Source: Centroscyllium fabricii (Eukaryota). Taken from it: a stretch of DNA of 64,000 nucleotides. Location: NCBI GenBank assembly GCA_051313645.2, contig JBNRSN020000021.1, forward strand, positions 15,500,001-15,564,000. Reading direction: 5' to 3'. The number at the start of each line of letters is the position of its first letter. The stretch's first letter is position 1. A model generated the notes under the pieces. That model searched no databases. It saw only the letters and a program-made list of their open reading frames with translations, and was not told the origin of the DNA. This document shows, piece by piece, positions 11,657 through 21,489 of this stretch. Position numbers and translations under genes: made by a program.

Positions 11657-14600
11657 TGTGGTAACCCTTTTGTGTTAGCATTACCACTGTACCATTATGG
11701 CTAATAGTGGGCTGTGCAGATGTTAGGCACAGCCCTGTATACTGTGACACTGTTGGGAGCCAGGTCAGCCACACCTCTAACTCCTCCCCCAGGTGAGGCC
11801 CCGTTATAGGTGAGATCTGACCGAGGCTCCTCATTCCTGTACTGAAGTTCGTTCCGGAGGGTAGCTCCCGATACAGTGCGGCGCTGCGGAATGCAGGTCC
11901 TGCCCACCAACTACCAAGTCTCCCTAGCTTCACAGTCCCACACCGCGGACGTCACCGGCTACTGCTCCGTCACGCTCACCGTCAAGGGGCGCGTGTACCG
12001 TAATTTTAAATTGTATACCCTCCAGCAGTTGTGTGCCCCAGCCTTACTAGGTTTGGACTTCCAGTGCCACTTCAGGAGCGTGACAATGGAGTTCGGCGGG
12101 ACCTTGCCCCCCCTCACCATCAGTAGCCGGGAAAATCTCTTCCCAAAGCGGAGCCCGGCCTGCGGCCTCACCACCCTGAAAATCGACCCCCCCTCGCTGT
12201 TCGCCAACCTCGATCCGAAGTGCAAACCCATTGCTACTAAGAGTCGGCGGTACAGTGAGGGGGATCGCACGTTTATCAGGTCGGAGGTCGGGCGGATGCT
12301 GAAGGAGGGGATAATTGAAACCAGCACCAGCCCCTGGCGCGCCCAAGTTGTAGTGGTGAAGTCTGGCGAGAAACAGCGGCTGGTTATCGATTACAGCCAG
12401 ACTATCAACCGCTACACCGGGCTCGACGCCTACCCCCTTCCCCGCATCTCAGACATGGTCAACCAGATCGCCCAGTACAAGGTGTTCTCTACGATCGACC
12501 TTAAATCGGCGTATCATCAGCTCCCGATTCGGAAAGCCGACCGCCCCTACACCGCCTTCGAGGCGAACGGTCGGCTCTACCACTTCCTCCGGGTCCCCTT
12601 TGGCGTGACCAACGGAGTGTCAGTGTTCCAACGAGAGATGGACCGTATGGTTGACCAAAACGACTTGCAGGCCACTTTCCCTTACCTGGACAACGTGACC
12701 ATCTGCGGCCACGACCAGCAGGACCACGATGCCAATCTGGCCAAATTTCTCCACACGGCAGACAAGCTGGACCTTACGTATAACAAAGACAAATATGTCT
12801 TTAATACAGACCGGCTCGCCATCCTCGGATACGTGGTGGAGAACGGGGTCCTCGGCCCCGACCCACAGCGTATGCGACCCCTTCAAGAACTGCCTCTACC
12901 TCACAACCCCAAAGCCTTGAGGAGATGCCTAGGATTTTTCTCCTATTATGCACAATGGGTCCCACAGTTCGCAGATAAGGCTAGACCACTCCTCAAGGCT
13001 GCCGTCTTCCCCCTTTCTGTAGAAGCCCAAACGGCATTCGCAAGGATAAAGGAAGATATTATCAAGGCGACCATGCTCACCGTTGATGAATCCATCCCTT
13101 TCCAGGTGGAGAGTGACGCTTCGGACTTCGCCCTTGCTGCCACCCTGAATCAGGCAGGCAGGCCCGTAGCGTTTTTCTCCCGCACCTTACAGGGACCCGA
13201 AACTTGCCGCTCAGCAGTGGAAAAGGAGGCCCAGGCCATCGTGGAGGCCGTGCGCTACTGGCGTCATTACCTGGCCGGTAAGCGTTTTACCCTGCTCACC
13301 GACCAACAGTCGGTGGCGTTTATGTTTAATAATAAACAACGGGGTAAAATCAAGAATGATAAGATCCTGCGGTGGCGGATCGAACTCTCGACTTACGAGT
13401 ACGACATTCTTTACCGACCAGGTAAACTTAATGAACCCCCGGACGCACTGTCCGGGGAACGTGCACCAGTGCCCAGCTCGACCGGCTGAAGGACCTCCAC
13501 GACCGCCTTTGCCACCCGGGTGTCACCAGACTCGCCCACTTCGTTAAGTCCCGTAGCCTCCCCTACTCCATCACGGAGATCAAGGCTATGACCCGAGAGT
13601 GCCCTGTCTGCGCCGAGTGCAATCCCCACTTTTTCCGGCCAGACACGGCGCACCTCATTAAGGCCACCCGCCCCTTTGAACGTCTCAGCATGGACTTCAA
13701 AGGCCCCCTCCCGTCCACCGACTGCAACTCATACTTCCTCATGGTAGTAGATGAGTTCTCCCGCTTCCCCTTCGCCTTCCCCTGCCCAGACATGACGAGC
13801 GCAACGGTGATCAAACACTTCACCACGCTGTTCGCCATTTTCGGTCTCCCCAGCTACATCCATAGCGACCGGGGGTCATCGTTCATGAGCGATGAACTGC
13901 GCCAGTTTCTGCTCCAGAGAGGGGTTGCCACGAGCAGAACGACCAGTTAAAACCCCCGGGGGAACGGCCAGGTAGAAAGGGAGAATGGGATCATTTGGAA
14001 GGCGGTCACCCTGGCTCTCAAGTCCAGAGGCCTTCCAGTGTCCCATTGGCAGGCAGTCCTCCCAGACGCGCTGCACTCTATACGCTCTCTATTATGTACC
14101 GCTACTAACGCCACCCCGCACGATCTGATTTTCTCTTTCAACAGGAGGTCGATTCGGGGACAGCTCTTCCTCCATGGCTGACGACTCCGGGGCCAGTTTT
14201 GCTTAGAAGGCATGTCCGGAGTCACAAGACAGACCCCCTGGTGGACAAGGTACAGCTCCTACACGCGAACCCACACTATGCATTCGTGCAGTTCCCGGAC
14301 GGGCGTGAGGACACCGTGCCCATCAGGGACCTGGCTCCCGCAGGAAGCACCACCGCAGAGCCCCCGGCCGGCCAGCAGGCCGAACAACCACCAGACATAC
14401 GATGGCCCCTGCAGTGGCCTGCACTGAACTACGATCCGGACGGCGGGGACCAGCCGAGTCCATCGCCACCTGAAGCCACAGCACCGGCAGATGCGGGCGA
14501 TTCGAACCAGGAGGCACCACCACCAACACCGGAACGCCGGCGGTCCTCCAGGCAGACACGACCGCCGGACAGACTTATCATGAACTGTTCGACCCGTTCA

Positions 14601-14928
14601 CCGCCCCCCCCGGACTTAAAACTTTCAAGAAGGGATGAATGTGGTAACCCTTTTGTGTTAGCATTACCACTGTACCATTATGGCTAATAGTGGGCTGTGC
14701 AGATGTTAGGCACAGCCCTGTATACTGTGACACTGTTGGGAGCCAGGTCAGCCACTCCTCTAACTCCTCCCCAAGGTGAGGCCCCATTATAGGTGAGATC
14801 TGTACGAGGCTCCTCATTCCTGTACTGAAGTTCGTTCCGGAGGGTAGCTCCGTTCTTAGCAATTAAAAGCCTTTAGTTTCGGTAACTACTCGTCGACTCT
14901 TTTAATCGAAGGTATTGACGATACGTCA
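11657..14928 (+). mobile_element. Nested Ty3/Gypsy element (YLDN lineage) lacking U5 of the 5' LTR, the leader and gag
   Basis: 5-bp TSD GTCAC at 11652-11656 and 14929-14933; partial 5' LTR 11657-11868; full 3' LTR 14640-14928; PPT AAGAAGGGATGAA before 14640. Confidence 0.9.
11869..14600 (+). pseudogene. pol: pol (partial PR, RT, RNase H, integrase) with frameshifts (~13450, ~14155) and a stop at 13948
   Basis: RT motifs SPWRAQVVVVK, IDLKSAYHQ, VPFGVTNG, FPYLDNV; RH SDASD...EKEAQA...LTDQ; IN CPVC, SMDFKGP, HSDRGSSF, NGQVERENG. Confidence 0.9.
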
Positions 14929-15089
14929 GTCACTAAAGCGGGTCTTTTAAATAAGCCTGCTCCTCGTGTTTCAGTCTCTTCCTTCCTTACTGTAATGTAT
15001 TGAACAAGTGTTTTTCTGTCTCTCTGGCTCCCGTGTGGTTCTTGGGTCCTGCAAGCGCTACAATACGTCATTGAGTCATGAAGAAAGTA

Positions 15090-15818
15090 CAGGTTGTGCA
15101 CCGGTAATCCCTTACCCGATACGCCGGCAGCTTCAGTCTTCCGGAACAAATTGCCCCGACTGCCCCGCGCATGTGCAAAATGGCCACCGCGATCGATGCT
15201 TTGGGGAATGATCTGCGCAAGCGCCACCAAATGGCGGCTGCAGCTACACTGCAATACTTTTAATGCAATTACTTTTAGTACTTTGTAAAAGAGTGAAGTG
15301 GGAGAGAAAGCATGTCGTTCCACAGCCCACCCACAGGGGCAGGGTTAGTGTGTTCAATAGCGGACTGTGGTTTCAGCACAAGCAGCTGAGACCCTTGACT
15401 GAGGCGGACAGTCACCAGGCTGCAGCTGTCAGCGCGAGTCCGGGCTCCCGTCACAAACCGGCTCGGCGGCAGCAGCAACCCTAAAGGCGATGGCGAGGGA
15501 AGGCGGACCTACTGGGCCTGACCTGCGCCCACACAACCCTCCTTCCCCCCTTGCAAGACCGGCCTTTCACTGCTGCCCGACAGCCCTAAAAGCTCAACGG
15601 AACGCCACGAAAGCCCGAGCCAGTCAAAAAACTTTGCGGCGGCCATTATTGCATGATCTGCTCATGCGCTCGCCGTTCGTCAGCCATTCCCAAAGTTGTG
15701 TGCATGTGCGCGGCCATTTTGAATGGTGCGCGCAGTGTCCGACTTCATTCTCTCGGTTTTTTCACTTTCCCGGCATGGGCCTAGTCCCGCCCGTGCCGAA
15801 TTACCGGTGCTCAACCTG
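15090..15818. mobile_element. Non-autonomous pogo/Tigger-like (Tc1/mariner) transposon
   Basis: TIRs CAGGTTGTGCACCGGTAAT / ATTACCGGTGCTCAACCTG, preceded by TA. Related to 30236-30683 and 35410-36184. Confidence 0.75.
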
Positions 15819-16411
15819 CATTAGAAGTGAAAGTTAAAAAGCAGAGTAATGCAAAAGCCTGCACCAGATCCTGATTCTTAAATAGAAATAAGAATCGTGC
15901 TTGATGGGCCTTGTGCTATGACATTAAGTAAAGAAAGAACGTCTGCATTCTCAAGAGGCCTAAAAGTGCTTCACAGTAAAAGATTACTGTCGAAGTGTAG
16001 TTACTGTTGTTAAGCCATTAAACACAGCGGCCAATTTGCACACAGTACGGTCCCAAAAACAGCAGCGATGAACAAACGGCTGATTTATTTTTGGTGGTGT
16101 TAGCTGAGTGATAAATGATGTCCAGGACATTGGTAGAACTCTATGGTTTTCTTCGAATAGAAAGAAAAATAAAGACTTGCATTTATTTGGGGCCTTTCTT
16201 GTCCTCAGGATGCACTTTTGAAGTGTAGTCACTGTCGTAATGTAGGAAACGCAGCAGTCAATTTTGCACACCGCGAGGTCCCACAAACTGCAACGTGATA
16301 ATGACCAGATAATCGGACTTTGTTAAGTTGATTGAGGGATAAATATTGGCCAAGGCACCTGGGATAATTCCCCTGCTCTTCTTCGAAATAGTGCCTTGGG
16401 AGCTTTTGCGT

Positions 16412-17928
16412 CCACCATTGTATATATATGTTTGTAACTGTTTGCACTGTGTGTGTAATGTACATAACTTTTGTGTATAGCTTGTCCGGGCATGCCCGTG
16501 CTGACCCCGCCTGCGGCTCCTCCTCCTCGGACCCAGGTATAAAGGTGACTGTCTCCCTCCCCCAATCATTCTGGGATCAGTCGACCAGCATGGGCATGCT
16601 CATGTCTTAGTGAATAAAAGCCTTTAGTTCACTCCTCAACTTCTTGTCTCTGAAGTTATTGATAAGGCATCAATTTGATTCACTAAGTTTGCATCATGGA
16701 GCAAATGCTGAAACCCGCGACGTTAGAACTGGATCCCCAAGCGCCAGGTGCCTCTAACACTTTTCCGCACTGCTTCTCCTGTTTTGAGGCGTACCTCAAA
16801 GCCTCCGCCGCGATCGTCCAGATGGACAGGGACAAACTGCGCCTCCTCAACGCCTGGGTGGGCCCTCAGGTGTACTCGATCATCGCGGACGCTACGTCCT
16901 ACATCGAGGCGGTCAGAATCCTGAAGAACGAATTACCCGGGCACCTAACGTGGTCTACGCCAGACACCTCCTGGCCACCCGAAAGCAGCAACCCGGGGAA
17001 TCGAGCGTGGAGTTCCTGCGAGCGCTGAGAGTCCTCTGCCAGGCCTGCGATTGTAAAGCACAGTCGGCCGCCGTGCACGCTGAGACCCTCATCAGAGACG
17101 CCTACGTCGCCGGCCTCAGGTCAGACTATATCAGGCAGAGACTGTTGGAAAAGGATGGCCTGGACCAGCAGGCGACGGTACAGCATGCGAACTCGCTGGA
17201 CCTGGCGTCCCATAATATGGCCGCCTACAACTCTGACCACGTGGGCACATCGCGGACGGCGCCATCTTGGATGCAGCCGGCCGCATCGCGACCCGTGGAC
17301 GAGCTGACTGCGGCGACAACCTCAAAAGGCCCGAAGTGCTATTTCTGCGGCCAGGCCCAGCACCCCAGACGGAATTGCCCGGCAAGGGACGCGACCTATT
17401 CCAAGTGCGGGAGGAAGGGCCACTACACCAGGGTATGCAGAGCGGCAGCGCAATCGACCCCAAAACCCGGCAGCGCCGCTTGTGGCTCGTGGGGGCCGCC
17501 ATCTTGGACACAGCCAGTGGCGCCATCTTGGACACAGCCATCTTCAACACAGCCCGCCGCGTGGGGGCAGCGGGGGCAGCCATCTTGGGACCAGGCCCCA
17601 GACCCCTCCACCGACCCGACGGACCCGATTCTGGCATCAATCACCCTCGACCAAGACAAGAGTCAACCGCTCAACAAGTCGATGATGTCGGTGCAGGTGA
17701 ATGGCCGAACTACGGACTGCCTTTTCGACAGCGGGAGTACGGCAAGCTTTGTACACCCAGACACGGTAAAGTGCTTCTCCCTATTAGTAACGCCGGCAAG
17801 CCAAAAAATCTCAATGGCTTCGAGGTCCGAATCAGCGGACGTCTGCGGTCGCTGCATAGTGACCCTGACAGTGCGGGGTGTACACTTCAACAATTTTAAG
17901 CTATTCGTGCTACCGCAGCTCTGCACAT
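16412..17928 (+). mobile_element. Gypsy fragment: nearly complete 5' LTR (ending 16672), leader, gag and protease
   Basis: LTR homologous to solo LTRs 38689 and 46092 but lacking the first ~9 nt. TATAAA at ~16538, AATAAA 16613-16618, ends GCATCA. No 3' LTR or TSD. Confidence 0.85.
16696..17927 (+). pseudogene. gag: gag (two zinc knuckles) plus aspartic protease, frameshift at ~16935, 3'-truncated
   Basis: CYFCGQAQHPRRNC and (C->Y)SKCGRKGHYTRVC knuckles; protease LFDSGS. HPDTVK...FKLFVLPQLC is homologous to PDTVR...FKLYTLQQLC at 11870-12035. Confidence 0.85.
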
Positions 17929-18323
17929 AGTCTCATCCGAAAGACGGCACCTCCGACAGTGCAGCACTCCCTCAGCACTGCACTGCAGTGCAGTGTAAGC
18001 CTAGATTTGTTGCGTTCAAGTCTCTGAAGTGAGAGCTGAACCCACAACCTCCTGACTCAGAGGTGAAAGTGCTACTCACTGAGCCATGGCTGAATAGTGC
18101 CATGGGAGCTTTTTTGTCAATCTGAGCAGGTTGCCACCACCTTAGATTAACATCTCATCCAAAGGATGGCACCTCCTCAGTACTACACTGGAGACTCAGC
18201 CTAGACTATGTGCTTAAGTCCTGAACTGAGGCATAAATCCATGACCCTCTGACTTAGAAACAAGAGCTGAACTGACACAAGTATATTGCTGTTAAATTTT
18301 AATCAGTACAGCAAAAAGACATT

Positions 18324-19151
18324 GGGCCAGAAATTCGGGTACCTAAAGCAGATGCCCATGGCGATGCCAACGAAAAATGCCCATGGATCCGAGATGCCCA
18401 CGGATCCAAAACTTCCGATGCTGAGGGAGAAGGGCCCTCAGCATGATGCCCAGGAATGAGTTGCACCCAAAACTTCCGAATCAAAAAGGGTCAAAAAGGG
18501 TCATTTTTTTCAGTGATTCTGTGGGCAACGGAGCCCACAGATGCACTTGAAAAAAGTTTGAGTAACACATTGGCGAGGTAGAGAGAAACGTTCTTAAGCA
18601 AGGTAAGTTAATTTTTTAACTTTAATTTAAATTTTTTACAGTTTTTGGGAGTAGTGTGGCCAGATCGGTAACGTTAAATTTTTAAGTTAAAGTTTTTTTT
18701 TAAATTTAACAAATCCAATTTTAATTTAATTTACCTGGTTGAAATCGCTAATTTTTTAAGTTAAATTTGTGAAATTTTTAACTCTCTAGCTAATTTAATT
18801 TTTTTTTAAATCTACGGAGAAAAAATGGCTTCTTCTGAGCTGCTGCTGTGCCCCCGCGCTGCTCCCCGCGAGTTTGTTATGCAGCTCCGCACTTACCTGC
18901 TCTCACTAAGGTCCGACTCGGGATCTCAGCATTTAAATTAGGGATCTGGTGGGCGTTTTCTATTTAAATTTGGGATCTGTGGGCGGGGCTTACACTTCGC
19001 ACGTAACGTGGCTGGACTGCCACTTTGCGAACGAAGGGGGCGGAGCCAATCGCAAGTTTTGAGAAAAAAAAACCTCCGATGTTGCTGGGCTTCGTAAGTG
19101 CTCCGCATGGTCCTAGTTGCACACCAACCGGCAAACCCGAATTTCTGGCCC
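18324..19151. mobile_element. Non-autonomous PIF/Harbinger(PHIS)-like transposon
   Basis: Perfect TIR GGGCCAGAAATTCGGGT / ACCCGAATTTCTGGCCC with ATT flanks. Homologous to 33979-34803 and, inverted, to 51598-52423. Confidence 0.8.
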
Positions 19152-19564
19152 ATTCAGTACAGCAAAAAGACATTTGATTTTCTTGAATTCTATTAACGTA
19201 GCTACAGCTTTTGTTTTACATCTCCACACACCCATCAGCACCCCCCCAAAAAAAAATCCACTTTTCCCACTCTTCTTCTCGCCTGGAGATGAATCTTTAC
19301 ATCAGGGTCCAGTTCCACATTTATCATTCATCCTCAGTCATTCTTCACATCCATGGTGGGAAGGGTCTTCTCAAACAAGTCCAAATTCCACACATTTAAA
19401 AGAAAATTCATTCATGGGATGTGGGCGTCGCTGGCAAGGCCAGCATTTATTGCCCATCCCTAGTTGCCCTTGGGAAGGTGGTGGTGAGCTGCCTTCTTGA
19501 ACCGCTGCAGTCCGTGTGGTGAAGGTCCTCCCACAGTGCATAATCTCCAGTGGGAATCGCAGAT

Positions 19565-20012
19565 AGAAAGAAAGACTTGCATTTCTATAGCGCCTTTTGC
19601 GACCACCGGACGTCCCAAAGTGCTTTACAGCCAATGAAGTACTTTTTGAAGTGTAGTCACTGTTGTAATGTAGGAAACGCAGCAACCAATTTGTGCACAG
19701 CAAGCTCCCGCAAACAGCAATGTGATAATGACCATCTTATCTGTTTTAGTGATGTTGATTGAGGGATAAATATTGACCAGGACGGGGATAACTCCGCTGG
19801 TCTACTTCGAAATAGTGCCATGGGATCTTTTACGTCCACGTGAGAGAGCAGACGGGGCCTTGGTTTAACACCTCATCTAAAAGATGGCACCTTCGTCAGT
19901 GCAGCACTCCCTCAGTACCTCATTGGAGTGTCAGCCTAGATTTTTGTGCTCATGTCTCTGGAGTGGGACATGAACCCACAACCTTCTAACTCAGAGGCGA
20001 GAGTGCTACCCA
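19565..20012 (-). mobile_element. Deu-domain SINE, well preserved
   Basis: Continuous tail (AAAGAAAGACTTGCATTTCTATAGCGCC), Deu core and tRNA-like head. Confidence 0.85.
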
Positions 20013-20391
20013 CTTTTTTTAAATATATATATATACATATTATTTATTGAACATTAAAAACATTTACAACATTGTGTTAATTCCATTGTCTCATACAAAT
20101 CCATTCCGCCGCTCTGCACATCCATTCCTCCACCATATATTAACATCAAAACCTGAAGTTTAAATTGTCTCCCATAACATATACTAATCTATTGTACTTT
20201 AAAAATTGATCAGTAATCATGGCTCCGAATAAGGGAAGTGTACCTGATAATTCCTCTATCATTTAATCTCTGGACCTTCCCTCCTCTCATGCTCCTTCCC
20301 AACTTTTCAGGCAGCTGTTGCTTTCTCCTGCACCCTCCGGCTCTTTTTCACCTCCTGTTTGAACCTTCCCTGCAGTTTCAGCCTCTTCCTT

Positions 20392-20802
20392 ACATAGAAA
20401 CATAGAAACATAGAAACTAGGAGCAGGAGTAGGCCATTCAGCCCTTCGAGCCTGCTCCTCCATTCAATGAGATCATTGCTGATCATCCAAACCCAGTACC
20501 CCGCCCCTACCCTCTCCCCATATCACTCGATCCCTATCGAGCCTGCATCAACACGTATACCACCCTATCCCCGTAACCCCACATATTCAATCCCCCTAAC
20601 ACTAAGGGTCAATTTATCATGGCCAATCAACCTAACCCGCACATCTTTGGACTGTGGGAGGAAACCGGAGCACCCGGAGGAAACCCACGCAGACACGGGG
20701 AGAATGTGCAAACTCCACACAGATAGTACCCGAGGCTGGATTTGAACCCGGGTCTCCAGTGCTGTGAGACAACAGTGCTAACCACTGTGCCACCGTGCCG
20801 CC
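20392..20802 (-). mobile_element. HE1-like V-SINE
   Basis: Reverse complement of the 7664-8067 type. Confidence 0.9.
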
Positions 20803-21489
20803 CTTCGGTTTGGGCTGAGGAGCTGCCCCTTCTCCCTCCTTCTGCCCTTCACTAACCTTTCCCTTTCCACACGATGCCACCCCACCCCTCACTTCCGTGT
20901 CTCTGTCCCCCTCTGACTCCTCACTCTTGAATTCTTCTGTAACCTCCCGTCCCTGCTCCCCGTCAGATACATCGGGCTGGATTTTCTCAATGGGGGCGCG
21001 TTGGAGGTGGGACTGCTGCTTGTCAGGTTTCAGTCCCGCCTCCATCGACTTCTGTCCAACCCTCACCATTTTCCCTTGATTGACATTGTTAGCCTCACCC
21101 AGCAGGCTTAGCAGGCCCATTAAGGGGAAGCTTGTTACAGAGAACGTCAGCAATTGACGTTGCATCTGTCAAAAAGTTTGACAACTCTGTGAAGCTGTCA
21201 AACATGAACATTCTCTGTAATTTGATGAGTTCTTGAATTCAAGACTCATCAAACATCTTTTGTGAGCAGAAATTCGATGGCTGTTGCATCGGAGAATGCA
21301 GCAGTCATTCTGTCATCCCTGGTGGTGAGATGAGAGAGTCTCCGCATCCCCAACTGTTGAAGTTTGCTGGAAGAAACAAGCTGTTCCAGTACAGCTACAA
21401 CACTGGCATCTACCCAGCAATGTGGAAAATTGCCCAACTATGTCCTGTCCACAAAAAGCGGACAAATCCGACCCAGCCAATTACCGTCC

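Larger units (their letters stand above)
9909..15062 (+). mobile_element. Internally deleted CsRn1-clade Ty3/Gypsy element (gag-PR only), 3' LTR split by a nested element
   Basis: 5' LTR 9909-10146; PBS TGGTGACCCCGAC at 10148-10160; PPT GGGGGGGAG at ~11536-11544; 3' LTR 11548-11656 + 14934-15062; flanks ATAA/ATAC. Confidence 0.9.
16165..18095 (-). mobile_element. Deu-domain SINE interrupted by a Gypsy fragment (16165-16414 + 17929-18095)
   Basis: The SINE stops at GGGAGCTTTTGCGTCCACC and resumes at GTCTCATCCGAAAGACGGCACC. About 28 nt are missing relative to the intact copy at 19565-20012. Confidence 0.75.
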
